Part shown: positions 36,345-48,990 of the stretch, one piece after another
Numbering within the stretch: the stretch's first letter is position 1
Layout of the letters: each line of letters starts with the position of its first letter
DNA from: Tubulanus polymorphus
Taxonomy: Eukaryota > Animalia > Nemertea
Reading direction: 5' to 3'
DNA: 64,000 nt
NCBI RefSeq assembly: GCF_964204645.1
Contig: NC_134030.1
Location: 12,173,947 to 12,237,946 of the forward strand
Notes under the pieces: generated by a model
Seen by the model: the letters and a program-made list of their open reading frames with translations, nothing else
The model's database searches: none
What the model was told of the DNA's origin: nothing
Position numbers and translations under genes: made by a program

Positions 36345-38035
36345 TTAAATTGGGTTCTTCTCTTCTCGTACCTTTATCCACTTCGAATCATCCACATCAC
36401 TGTTGTAGGTAACATCAGCACTTGACCTCAGAAAACTATGCAGGGCACACAAAAATTTCTGCCTCCGGACTAAGTTGTAAATTTCGATGCCATAATTTTC
36501 AACTAACCGAAACGGTCTCATCAAATTGTCCCTCAGGGGGAATACATCCTCGCCTACAATGTGGTAGGACATCATACAATGTCTGAATCTGGCAAACATT
36601 CCGAAATGTTTGCAAGTCTTTGGTTTAAGGCTTGCAGTAAACTGCATCCTGCAAAAACTTCATCCAATACCCTTCCATAACGTCCACGTAAATTAACTTG
36701 TAATCAGCATCAACAAGTGCAATCCATTTAAACAATACTGAAGAAGTTCTTATAATTGAAATATGTTGAGCCCGAGTTGTTTGGAGCTCTTAACGCTATA
36801 TGCTTCCTGTGGATTGCTCCAAGTGTATGTAGAAAATTCCATTTTTCGTTGAATGTCTGGTGCTTCTGGCATCTGAAAATTGAAAAAAGAAATCAATATG
36901 TAATTAGTTTGTTTAATTTTCGCTAGCTCAATAACAGCAAAGAAATCGAAAATAATAATCCCAATGTTGAAGAAGAGACCGATGAAGATGCCAGTAGTTC
37001 AAGTGACAACAACAATGAAGCTCAATCTGAAACTTTAATTCTAGACTCTGCAAAAAGCCTAAGGCTTCGGGCCCATCCAAAAAGATACATGCTGACACCA
37101 TAGCAGATCAGTTAGAAACATCATTTCTGGATCCGACTAAAAGCATAGGAACAATCAAGGTCCAACAAAAAGAAAATCGGCTGAATCGCAGAAAGCTAGC
37201 TTTCTGGAGACAACCGCCAATGCAATGGATAGGCCCATTGAATATTCGGAGATTCCTTCAGAAGATGAGATGAATATTGTTGGGCCTTTAATTGCTAGCA
37301 AACTGAGAAAATTAACAAATATCCGTATATGCTTTGAAGCTACAAACAAAATGGATCAGTCTCTGGCTGAAGCTAAATTGGCAAACATGAGAGCACCAAA
37401 GTACCAGTCACCTCATCACCTGCCTGATCGGTATCAGGCTCAAAATGAGGGCGCATCTTAGATGCGAATGTTAGCCATCGTATTCTCAAAATTGGTATTA
37501 GGTGTATAGGTAAATACAAATATATTTGACTCCAACTTACATTTAGATGGTCACCTTTCAATTCTTTGTAAATCACTCTACACGTCTCGTGAACAATTTT
37601 AGCTATTGGTGTGGCTCCAAGACGAAAGGTATATGATAGGCTTTTATAGGACTCTCCTAAAAATATGTGTTATGTAATGGTTTAAGTATTACCAATAATG
37701 TACATCTAAACCATAGCAGAGCAACAGTACAGTATTATATCTAAAGCATCAATAAGTATAAAAATCATTATTAATGTAAACTTTGCAACCATATATTTTG
37801 ATATTCACTTTTAAAAAAGTGTGTTGTCTTATCTGTGGCCAGAAAGCTTTAACTAAGTAACTGCAAGCCATTCTGCGGGTGGAACTTGCTTTTCAGAAAT
37901 GTGTAGTTTGCTGGCTGATTCTGCCAGGAACCAGAATAGTCAGGTGTCCAATTTTTCAATTGACATTCTGAAGAAGTTTTGAAATGACTCCTGATCTTGC
38001 AATTTCAACTCCCTCATCTAAAAATTATGAATATG
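36345..38035 (-). pseudogene. PIF/Harbinger DDE transposase pseudogene (HARBI1-like), three exons
   Basis: QESFQNFFRMS, GESYKSLSYTFRLG, WNFLHTLGAIHRKHIALRAPNNSGSTYFNYKNFFSIV and IVGEDVFPLRDNLMRPF; GT-AG intron at 37540-36873. Confidence 0.88.
36927..37461 (+). pseudogene. C-terminal exon of the Harbinger MADF/Myb-type DNA-binding gene
   Basis: Acceptor TTAATTTTCGCTAG ends at 36926, then an acidic linker, then EDEMNIVGPLIASKLRKL...EATNKMDQSLAEA, the typical BESS-like tail. Confidence 0.65.
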
Positions 38036-38124
38036 GATCATATAAAAATGAACCATAAACAAAAATTTGAATCCCTCAAGGTAATTCAAATTCTTTTCTC
38101 ACAATAATTTATGCATATACATAT

Positions 38125-38292
38125 ACATAGTGTCTTTTAACTATAGCGCCTTTCCACAATACGTGTTCAAAGCACTATATCTCCTCAGTGGTGAAGTGCT
38201 CTTTAAACAGCCTGGACTTCAACATGGTTTTGAAACTGTCAACGGATTTTGCAGACTTTAGTTCCGATGGAAGACTGTTCCACAGTTTTCGC
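38125..38292 (-). mobile_element. 5'-truncated L2-type LINE 3' end
   Basis: KLWNSLPSELKSAKSVDSFKTMLKSRLF followed by the tail AGTGCTTTGAACAC...GAAAGGCGCTATAG. Confidence 0.7.
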
Positions 38293-38299
38293 TAATTTC

Positions 38300-39010
38300 A
38301 CTATTACATTGAGAGTTTGCTTTGGACAGTGTTGAATTCTATGTTTTTGTCTAAACAAAAACCACATTTTCTCCGTGCTGAATCTGTCAGCATCTATCTG
38401 GTATCTGTGTTGGGTGGGAGCAAGATATATTGCACTCAACCCAAATGTTGTTAAATCCATCACAAATGGCACAGTGATCGGGCTGGCCATTGTAATATGC
38501 CTGTATCAGCAGTACTCCATATTTCTTTGAGGTTGGTGCAATGTTCCTCGCGATAGGTGAGCTAATGGCTACCTCTAAAACCTCATTTTCTCCATTCTGC
38601 AAGCTTGTTTTCCCATAATTTGGATGATATGATCCTGTCAATACAGTCCCATAGTTCTTCATTATTTTGTCGATCCCCTCGTGTAGGCAGTCTATTGCCA
38701 CGCCTTCTACGCTCACTATTGTGGGTATATCCAGAGCAGATCTAAATATGATATGTTTAACCGCAAAATATACTGACATTGTATGGGTTGAAATCAATGA
38801 TTTTTTCGATACATTTGCGTAATGTCGCATCATTTGCCAGGATCTCGCAGATCTGATTTACATCTATTTTATGATACTGTTCTCTGTTTTTTGCTAAAAG
38901 TTGAAAATTTTGATATTGCAACAAACATAGTGTTTCAACCACGAATCAGAATCTTTGATACATTTGTTATAAATCGAACATGGTTTCCACGTCAAACTGA
39001 TATTAATTTT
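38300..39010 (-). pseudogene. Gag-like ORF1 relic (L1/Tx1, ZCCHC3-like) with zinc knuckles
   Basis: AYYNGQPDHCAICDGFNNIWVEC and a second frameshifted CGFC...HRIQHCP. Confidence 0.5.
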
Positions 39011-39094
39011 TGCTAGATTCCAGTCCTGAGAATTTCCCAAATGCCTGGAAATTGCCCCAAATTTTCAAACCCCCTGCAATGGCTTCGCGAGTGC

Positions 39095-39575
39095 ATGAAA
39101 ATCTCAAGTAACTCATCCCTAATCATTCATATACCCATAACCTACTGATGACAGCCTAACGCCACGGATCCATCGAAATGCATAAAGGTTCGTTTATGGC
39201 CAGAACCTAAACTGTATCAGAGGTTCGAAATTTCAAAAACACAAGTGACTCTACCGTAATAATTTCAATATCCATAACCAATTGACACTTATTGATGACT
39301 ACCTCAGCACAACCCAAAGTACATTCCTATATGACCCTCCTATATAATCTTCATAGGAGAGGGCGAAAATCTTAAGTGACTCTGCCATAATCATTTATAT
39401 ATCCATAACCCTTTGACACCTTTTGATGACTGCCTAAGCACAACCCCAAGTATATTCCTATATGACCCTCACATATATAATCATCATAGGAGAGCGCAAA
39501 AATCTCAAGTGACTACCATAATCATTCATATACCCATAACCTACTGACGACAGCCTAATGCCACAGATCCATCAG
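39095..39575. repeat. Degenerate tandem array, about 130-bp unit, 3.5 to 4 copies
   Basis: AAAATCTCAAGTGACT...ATAATCATTCATATACCCATAACC recurs at about 39098, 39240, 39366 and 39498. Confidence 0.85.
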
Positions 39576-39701
39576 TGAGAAAAGGTACCTTCAAATGGCC
39601 GTGGCATGCAGCGTGGCATGCTACTTCACAAATGTCAAGTAGTATATTTTCATAGCTAGATATTTACACAACTTAAGGACAGTTATTTTCGCAGTTTTCA
39701 C

Positions 39702-41165
39702 TCATAGAAGTGGCACTATGTCTGGATTATAAGATGGCACAGAACTCCAGTCTTCTCCCCAGTCATTGTCGCGTAACGCATCATCCGTGGAAACATCCAT
39801 ATTATATTCAGAGTTTGAATCTGATTCAGATGAGGAATCATCGCCGATGTTTATGATGAATTTGTCAACCATATCATCCATCAGGCCAGAAACACTGGAC
39901 ATCTTTAATTCATCTTTTATGACATGGTCAACATAGCCTTTCAAGTCGTCCGGTGTTACAGTTTCTATGGCCTCATTAAACAATATTTCTACATCCTTGA
40001 TTTTAAAAGTAGTGTTTTTTGACGCAACATATCCTTTTTAGTTTATTCCAAACCATTTCAATTGGATTTAATTTGCAGTGTTATGGAGGCAAACGCAATA
40101 TCAAATGCCCATATTTTTTCGCCATTTCATCGATTTTATAACGAATAAACTGGGATTTTGCAGATTTGATTTTCTCATAAAGGTTGGCTTTTGGCATTTC
40201 AGGCAACCAAAAAAATTCCTTTCTGACTCAACCAAACCTGCATATCCTCTTTTAAACTATTTGAAGTTGGTATCTTTTCTGAACGCACGCTGTGATAGCT
40301 AGCATTGTCCATCACTATAACTGAGTTCGGAGGTAATTTAGGAACTAGAATTTCTTCAAACCACTTTTCGAACTTAACTCCGTCCATTTCACCGTGATAG
40401 TCTGCAAGTGCCCCTTCAGTTCGGTAAACAAGTTGTGCCCCATCGATAAAACCAGTTTCATTCCCGATATGTAAAAAGATAAAGCGCCCAGTTCCGCAAA
40501 TTTTTTCTTTTAGTACACAACTGAGTCCACTTAAGAAAGCCTGTCGATGATCGGTAATGGTTGTGTCGGCCCAAGCTGACAAGGTTGTATGACCAGCAGT
40601 AACCCACGTTTCATCCAGAAAGAATATGATTCTCCCATCTTTACGGAATTGTGGAATATCCTTCAGATATTGATACTGCCATCGAATTATTTCCTGCTTT
40701 TCAATTAATAAACTGTTTCTTCCACGTTTTTTAAATCCAAATCCAAGGCTTTTCATAGTTTTATAGTCGTCCGTGACATTTTTGGCATTATTTCATCCTG
40801 TTTTAATTTGTCTAAAATCTTATATAAGGTCGGGGGTTCATTGCGGAAGAAAAATTCATGAACTTTACGGCGAATAATGCCATGTGAGAAATCATCCAGT
40901 TTCTTTTTTCTTCATTGATTTTAACTCTTTGTTTTCATGGAGTTAAAACCTTGCCTTCTCTCTTTTTCTGCTGTCTAATTCTTTCAATACTTTTGGAGCT
41001 TATTCATGTAGCTTGAGCTGTCTTTTTGATAGTTTCTTCAACGGTTTTGAGTTGTTTCTCAAGTATTCAAACACATTTAAAACGATATTTCAATCTTTTG
41101 ATGACATTGGTGTTCCTCTCTTTCTTTCGAATTTCCTGATGTTGATGGTGTTTCACAGGGTAACA
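39702..41165 (-). pseudogene. IS630-Tc1-mariner transposase pseudogene, DD82E (Sailor-type)
   Basis: FFLDETWV, VMDNASYHS and LPP*HCKLNPIEMVW. There are 82 residues between the second D and the E after correcting a 1-nt frameshift near 40212. TIRs not found. Confidence 0.85.
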
Positions 41166-41443
41166 TGTAGTACAAAAGAATCCAAAGTATGAAACAGCAG
41201 GAGACTAACATGATCGCATTTAAACTGACTTGTGTAATAGTAAAGAACTGAGTGAATGAGGTGCAAGTGTAGTTATTATAGACACTTGGTGATTGTGTAG
41301 ATTTGTATTTGCCGAGCTATTTCCTGAGCTACATGAAAAAAGTAGAAATAATTTGCATTATAAATTGACTTGTGTAATATTTAAGAACTCAGTGAATGAG
41401 ATGCAAGTGTGTGCGTGCGTGCGTGCGTGCGTGTGTGTAGTTT

Positions 41444-41716
41444 ATTTATTCACTCTTGGTGGACACTGGCCTGCAGTGGGTCAGCGCAGCTATGATGGAT
41501 CATTTCATGGAAAATTCCGACTTATTTTCCGGATTTTTAGCTTCACATAAGTGGCAACTCTGGATGTATGATGGCATTCAAACATGCGCCTCACTCAAGT
41601 GAGCAGCGTCTATACACTACTGCATGCACGTGGTCTATTGATCAGCGCACGGCAGTAATGATCAGACTGATGCGTTAGACTGATGCGTCTATAGTAACAG
41701 GCAAGAGTGAATAAAT
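41444..41716. mobile_element. Small element bounded by a perfect 15-bp inverted repeat
   Basis: ATTTATTCACTCTTG / CAAGAGTGAATAAAT; no clear TSD. Confidence 0.5.
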
Positions 41717-43480
41717 TTTTCCAAACTTACCCCAAGAAAATGAAAAATAAGCTATGAAAATCAGTTTTGAAGTCTTGTTGCATTCGAGAATGAATATTTT
41801 CAAAGGATGCTGAAGTAAATATTTACATTACAAAGTGTCTGAACTGATATCCAAGTTGAAACATGTTATGTAGACGGATTTTCAAGCAAAATAACGGCAC
41901 ACTACTCATGAGATAATTCCAGACGATAGATAAATCCACTAAGTCATTTGAAATATATTTCCACAGACTGAAGAGTTGTTAGGTCAGTGAAAATAATCTT
42001 AGATATTGTAGATTTTAAATGTCATTGTACAAAAATGTTAATCTAATAGATGAAGAGATATTTATACGCAGGTCAAATCTATGTTTGTCATATGATTATT
42101 CTTAAAATGACACTAAAATTCAAGAATGGATATTTAGTAAAATAAGGTAATATTGCTTTGTTTTAATATGGTCTTGGAGGAGTATGGCTTTATCCTTCAT
42201 GAATGACCATGCAGTTGATGGGATATTATGCACTCTTGAATTCAGTAGTTGCCTGACCTCAGTTACACGTAGAGTTGAGTAGTCGAAACCACAGGGATCA
42301 AGATATGTAGTGATAACAACTCTTTGATACACTGTGATCATTTCCACTGGGTAGACTTTACTGGTACACGGCCGTATGGCTGATAAGGATAGTCTCAAAA
42401 TTTCACTTAAATCTCCACCACTTCATTCCAAAAATCATTATACAATTGCGATTAATCATCATCAAGGTGTTATAATTAGCTTGGTTAATTAGTATTACAT
42501 TAATCACATTATTTTATTTAGGAATAACAGCCCTGTAGGTATTAAGAGTCAGTAGTATACCGAAACAATGTAATAAAATGCAACTTTTAAGAGTGCGTCG
42601 AAATGCAGGCCTTTAAAAACTGTCGCGTCTAGAAAATACGTGGATTGTTTTTCAATCTCCCAGGTGAGGTCAATGGACGTGTGATGGGTCTGTAGGATGT
42701 TACATTTTACTTAAAGATCATAGGCCTGTAAGTTTAGATCTTAAAATAGGGATTTACTCTTGATTTTATTTGGTGTCCTTAACAAACCCACTACACCTGC
42801 CGGGAGTGAAACAGGGGTTCGATTTTGAAATTGGAAATCGAAGTACAGATATACAGATATACGTGTGTGATCGGCGATCATAGTGACAATTTATTTGTAA
42901 TTGAAGGACAAAATTAGAAATTTCTGTTCGCGTGTCCATTCAGAAAATCTTCCAAGCAGTCTGAACCGGATTTACTCAGATTATCTCTGAATGAGCGAAA
43001 TATTGTGTATTAACCTTTCTATTAGGTCGATATTGTTTTTGCACCACGTCGCATAAACTATTTTCAGCATTGGCAAAGTCCCAAGAATTTCTATCCATGA
43101 TTCTGGTAGATACAGTGCAATTTATATTCAGCCAAAAAGTGCAAAAACCACATGCTATGGCTACTAATGCACACACGCCACTTGGTGTCCATAGCACCGT
43201 TATGATTGTAACTAACCCAGGGGAAAATTCAGATATCATTGTTCGGACACCAGCTATTTGTGGTACTCAAACTACCGAATTAATTGTCAGTAATTTTTTG
43301 AAATCTTCATTATAGATGCATATAATGACTAATTTATGCATTTGAAGAACATGCTGAAAGAGAAATTTGAATTTATCATTAGATTTTATGCAGTGAGGCA
43401 AATTGCATTGATCTGAAGTAACCACTCCTTAGATGTGTGGCGCTTTTAACGATCAGTAAGGTTACCTTTCGACACAAATA

Positions 43481-44233
43481 TCATTCCTCATATAGTGCAG
43501 GTATATTGCCCTTGGAAGCAAGTCTTTTTATATAGACGTTCAAATTACTTCTATGGGAAAAGCATTTACTGCATATCTTGCATGAAAATTTTGAATTTTG
43601 AAGATTTATTGCAAAACATTTTTCCGCATACCGAACATTCACATCCACTGTCCACATTGTTATAGTAGCTGGCTCTTGTGTAATAACAGATGACGCGCTC
43701 TGTTTGTTATCAATCACGTCACTGTTTATCATGTAACAACACTGTGCCTATTGTTTTTATGCCTGGACGTTTACAGATTCCTTTTACAGATTCCTTCGGT
43801 ATCTTGTTGCTGTTTGGGCATTTTTCGTTGATCGACATGCATATTCCATTGATCTTCTCATCACATCGTACCTCGATGCAAGGAAATACATTCCAATATA
43901 TATAGATATTTTTTTCCGTAAATAATGGCATTTTCTTTCACTTCCTCCATGAGCCATGGCCCAATTGGCAATATTCTACCATACTTCAGCTGCAAAGCTT
44001 CTACACCTAATAGTATCAATTTCTCCAATGATTGAGCCGGAGGGAAGTGTTTCAATTAGCAGGTCCCCACTTCCATAAGGGCATGTTGGTGGAATAACGA
44101 TCGAATAGTTAACACAAGTCCCAAGTAGGCTATAGATACTTGCAGCTTGCCACTGCTTCAAGTGGTGGGAAGGCAAATATCTATGTAGCTTTATGCTGCA
44201 GTCACTATGTTGGAAATGGATGACGACAATCAT
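43481..44233 (-). pseudogene. Decayed coding region ending in a C2H2-like zinc finger
   Basis: FSCKICSKCFSHRSNLNVY at about 43590-43530; the upstream overlapping ORFs are unidentified. Confidence 0.4.
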
Positions 44234-44434
44234 TACATGGAAAAGGCTTGGTCTTATTCAATTCTTCGCAAATAAAACATTTCATCGAATTAGGTTTGTA
44301 CAGCTTCAGAGCGGATTCAGTTACTTTATCCAACAAGTCTTCTCACATAGACGTCAGAAATGTGTCTTTTTTCATCATCACCAAAACCAGAAGTCCTATG
44401 CTGTTAGCAATGCCGAATGGGATCAGGCAAATTA

Positions 44435-44700
44435 ACTAGGGGTCTAGGTAACAAGCCTACTTGTTGAAATGCGTGACAATCGGGAAATTCAAATTATTCC
44501 ACGCCCCCTCCCCCAGTAATCAATACTCTATTCAATGACCTTCTGGAACTAACCATAATCATAGAACCTCTGATGAACTACAATTTTGCATTAATCAATT
44601 TCTCCATAGCCTTTGCGTTACATTTTTCATGCTCCAGGTGAAAAAACCTGATGGGCAATCTTTAAATTTCCTCAATGTTCCTCTCCTCCCTAACTCTACC
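44435..44700. mobile_element. Partial HINE-like element related to 9470-10720
   Basis: AACTAGGGGTCTAGG head and one diverged copy of the 154-bp unit. Confidence 0.55.
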
Positions 44701-44999
44701 ATGTGGGTTTATTTCATTGCGTGAATCTAGAGATTTACGAACAAGGAGTGATTTTTCAGCGAAACAAAATCATGAGAAGGTATGTTTACTTGACCACACT
44801 AAGTTTGTTAATTGTGAGTCAAGATGAGCAGGACATATATTCAATTCTGTTCCGCATTAAAATCAATATGACCAAGGGAAAAGATTTATCTGAGGTATTT
44901 GCTCCTGCCAGATCCAGTCGCTGTCTGTGCTACTTTTGTATTCTACGATTGTATTGTGTGAATTATTAGGGATTGACTCTGAGCTGGGAGTGTATTTTG

Positions 45000-45300
45000 A
45001 CAAACCCACAGAATGCATCCTCATTTGCCATTTTATGAAAAGCTGACAGGCTGGCCATAGTGCCCCTTGGGGCTCTTGTTCATATATACTGTTAGTGAGT
45101 CTTCCTTTGAAGGGTAAGATTTGTTCGGTCACAGACATATGAGTTTTTGGCTCAGCACAGTCTCTAAAGTTATTAGCCAAAATATTCAAAAGAGGTCTTA
45201 CTTTGAACAGTCTATCATAACCAGGTTCGTCTTTTTTTGGCCAATGTATTATCACTAACATGGAATAGTGAAAGATCTGATATGCTTCATGGTCGAGACA
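45000..45300 (-). pseudogene. piggyBac (PGBD2/3-like) transposase fragment
   Basis: PGYDRLFKVRPLLNIL...HMSVTEQILPFKGR. Confidence 0.85.
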
Positions 45301-47123
45301 AGACCGCAGATTTTTCTTTCTCGAGGCCCTGTTGTTCATGAGTCGACTATGCATAATCATTGAACCACCCCAATCAATTTCGAAACTAATGGCCGATACT
45401 ATAGGGCTTGGGTGGGGGAAACGTCGGTGCGGTTCTTGAAGAAGATGCTGATTAGACACTCTTAAACATCTCAGCCAGCTGTTGTATACTATTGCCATCA
45501 TCAATGCTCGTGGCCATTTTTAACAATTGAAATAACAGGTATAATATAGCGACACAGGTAAATTAACAGACTCTTTAATTGTAATAAAGCTCAAAAATTT
45601 AATTCGCAACAGTGCGTTAGATACCAACACACGATAAATATTCAATAATTGTTTTCGAGTATTTTGTACATATCTATACTGTAATCCACTACGGTGGGCC
45701 TACAATAAAAAACAATAGGACAGCTCCGGCTGTCTCCTATCAGCCACTGATACATGGTCCTTTTGATTTACATGTGGCAGCAAATCCATTGCGTGACAAA
45801 CATTCTTCCAAATACTTCTGTATTGAACAAAGCAGCATTTTTTTCGGATTTAGTTATACTTGATTAGTTTTCCCTTGACCAGAAGCAATGTACCTCATGC
45901 TTGTCTTTTATTGCGATGAGGGTGCTTTTGTGAGGGTGGGAATTTTAAAAAATGCACATTTTAGTGGTGTTTTCTTGCCGGTTGCATCTATCCTAAACGT
46001 TTCGTTAAATTTATGAGATTTAGGACATATCACCAATTTGTCGAAATCATCTCTGTCTAGGTCCATGTGCAATCTGATTCATGTCGAAGACGTCATAAAT
46101 GATTAACTCATTGAGTTTAAAAGATCTGATGGTCTTATTTGATACAGTAAATTAAATAGCAACGTGAAAAACTTAAACAATGAAAGCTGTAAATATAGCT
46201 GAATCCGATATCCTGTGGAGATACTGCCACGATAATAGAAACTGATAAACAATTAAATAATATTGAATATGCGTTGAATTTCCCTCAAATTTGTTGCCTC
46301 TTGGTCCACGGTATTAGGATATTCAACTGATTCTACAGGTACAGCTTCAGTGGGGATTAGGTGGCCATCATCATATTTCCAAATTTTCTTCATCGGTTGT
46401 CAAATCATTAGCCTAAAATGAAATAAGTCCGTGTAAATTTAAAAAGTTGTAAAAATACAAAATTTCAGTTACACGGACAAATTATTGGACGAATCTCAGA
46501 CCTCTGAAATAGGATTAATCAGAATTAATGAATTAATATAAATTAGAAAAAAATGGATTTTTAACTAGAAAATCTTTCTACCAGTACTTTAAAAAGAGTA
46601 CTTTACCCTTACTGTTACAGAAAAAGTTGTACAGTTTTGTCTCTAGTTTCTACTAGTTAGTACCTGCAAGAAAATAAAGTAAGTATATCTAATTTTATAC
46701 CAGAAAATTCAATAAAAAAGAGAAATGATTGTCCTACCTTAATTCATGTTATGATGATGCTGTAATCAGAATGATTTGTAATCCTGCTTTGTATGGTAAA
46801 TTTCGAAACAGTATTTCGTAGAGCGGTATGTGGGTACGCATGTTTTAAACTGCCGTTTGTATTTATTATCCCTTCTGATAGTGCACTCAACACAGTCTGG
46901 TCTTGATTCAGTTTTTCCATGAAGTGAACTAGTCCATTTAATCTCAATAGTGCATCTTGAGTAGCTGAACGTCGGCCAGGGTTTGATTGAACATGCTGCC
47001 AGCCCTCGACTAGATTGTTACAGACTTTGAGATGGAACTCTTTATTATCCATACCAGCTGGATTTGTTATTTTATACATAATGTAAGCATTAGTTATTGC
47101 TGTAACAAGCAGGTAAAAAAAGC

Positions 47124-47532
47124 TGTTGCGGCGAAAGAAGAAAATTGATAACAGTGACGTCTTCTTCTTGACTTAATATTGTTTATTTTCACAATTGCTG
47201 GATCGTCATATCAGTATCATCATACACACATTTTACAGCGACTAACAAGTGATGAGTTAAAGAGTGACTAAAAGATAAAGTAATTAAACTCAGAAATTAC
47301 CCCTATAAACCTACACTACAGATACTGCTAACTAAAGTAAACTGATATAGCTTGCTTACCGAAATATTTCCAGCTCCCGGCAATCTAATACGTTACAGCG
47401 AAAAAACGGCGACTAAAAACTGCATAAGTGTCAAAAAACAAAACCCAACTAAAGACCCTCAGCATCCACCCACACAGGATAAGCGCCGCAGTGAACACTA
47501 GAAGATACTCAAACCCTAACTAGTACATAACA
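47124..47532 (-). mobile_element. Solo LTR (409 bp), TGTT..AACA ends, 5-bp TSD AAAGC
   Basis: AAAGC lies at 47119-47123 and 47533-47537. Removing the insert restores WWKKAFFYLL. AATAAA is on the minus strand near 47185. Confidence 0.9.
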
Positions 47533-48849
47533 AAAGCTTTTTTCCACCACTAGCAGCTTTTATGTAAGACAATGTAGTAAGTGTTCAACTGGTCACTCTT
47601 ATCTACACCACCCATTGTGGTCCTCTACAGCTCTGGGTTTTTGATTGGTGCCATAGCCATCCTGTCCATTTTTAGCACCAATGCGTTTTTTTATCAAAGT
47701 AGCATCACTTATACTGCTAATGAGACAAACAGGCCACTCGTCAAACCACCCTTGAAAATAAAATAGCAGTCGTATCATTCCACATCATTAACGTTGACAC
47801 CTCTGATAGATGTTTTTAGGCCTATTGCTATACAAATGTACAAATGGAGCAAATTTAAATGACATGGTTTCTAGAGTAAAGGCTCTTTGACTGTGCAACT
47901 GAGCATATATTCATAGAAATCATTCATTAGAGCATTATCCATTCTCCAACCCCTATAAAACTGAATTTTGAAAGAAGGCCTCGTTAAAATTTATATGAGC
48001 TTTTTCGCGAAAATCTGATCGCAAAAATATCTGTTTTAAAAAGCCAATCAGAAAGCAAAGACTCCTATGATTGTCTTTTCGTATATTGGCTATATCGGTT
48101 GTCGTTTTCATTGTTTTATGATTTTGTTTAATCGTTTTTGTTATTTCAGCAGCGCAAACCAACCTTGGTTGAGCGTCCGTGATCAGTCTTCAAATTGGTA
48201 TTCATGCGCAACATAGTACTGCCGACAATTCAATTCTTTCTTTATTGACACAATTAAAATTTCACGATGAAAAATTTACTTTCACGTTTTAAAAAAATTA
48301 TTTTAATTTTCTTTTACTTTCATTGGGTGCTTGCGTTAGCGGCCATTTGAAAAATCTCTGTATGAACATTTATTTTGTTCAGTTTAAATATCTAAAACTT
48401 AAAACTGCTTTTCTGAAAAATAAGTTCTGAATTGAATTGAAGACTGGTTCCCTGTTTCTTCAAAGATCCAGGGGGCGGTAGGCTGTGGTGGCAATAAACT
48501 TTATTGGATGATCTTAGTGGAGTTTCATTTGAAGGAAATGCAACTTATTCTTGCTTAATGACTTTATTATTTTAAAAAGAAAAATCGTGGCTCCTATCTA
48601 TTTTCGTGTTCGCTTCTCTTCGCCTGAAATCAGTGAAGTTAGTCACGTTTTTTCTTTCAGCTGTAAATTTTTCTATGCAAAATCATTTCAACACAATCCG
48701 ATAAGTAATCTAGGCCTAGCAATTATCAACATGATGATAGATTCCGTTAAGACACTACAATATTCAAATAACAACTATCCAAAAGCTTGCACTAACTTGG
48801 TCCACGTCTACAATAAAACCATTCCGATTCCCAGTCAACATGCGTAACA

Positions 48850-48990
48850 TTTCATGTAACGATGTAAGACAACACCGATCTCTTAGCTCTTTAAAAAGTA
48901 ATGAGTTCAAAGTTCGATTAATTCTACTACAGAAATACAAAACCACCAAGCAAGCTTTCAGTACAACCATGTCAGCAAGTCCATTTTTTG
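48850..48990. repeat. Interspersed repeat; direct copy at 62699-62837
   Basis: CAACACCGATCTCTTAGCTCTTTAA...ACAGAAATACAAAACCACCAAGCAAGCTT is shared. Confidence 0.9.
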
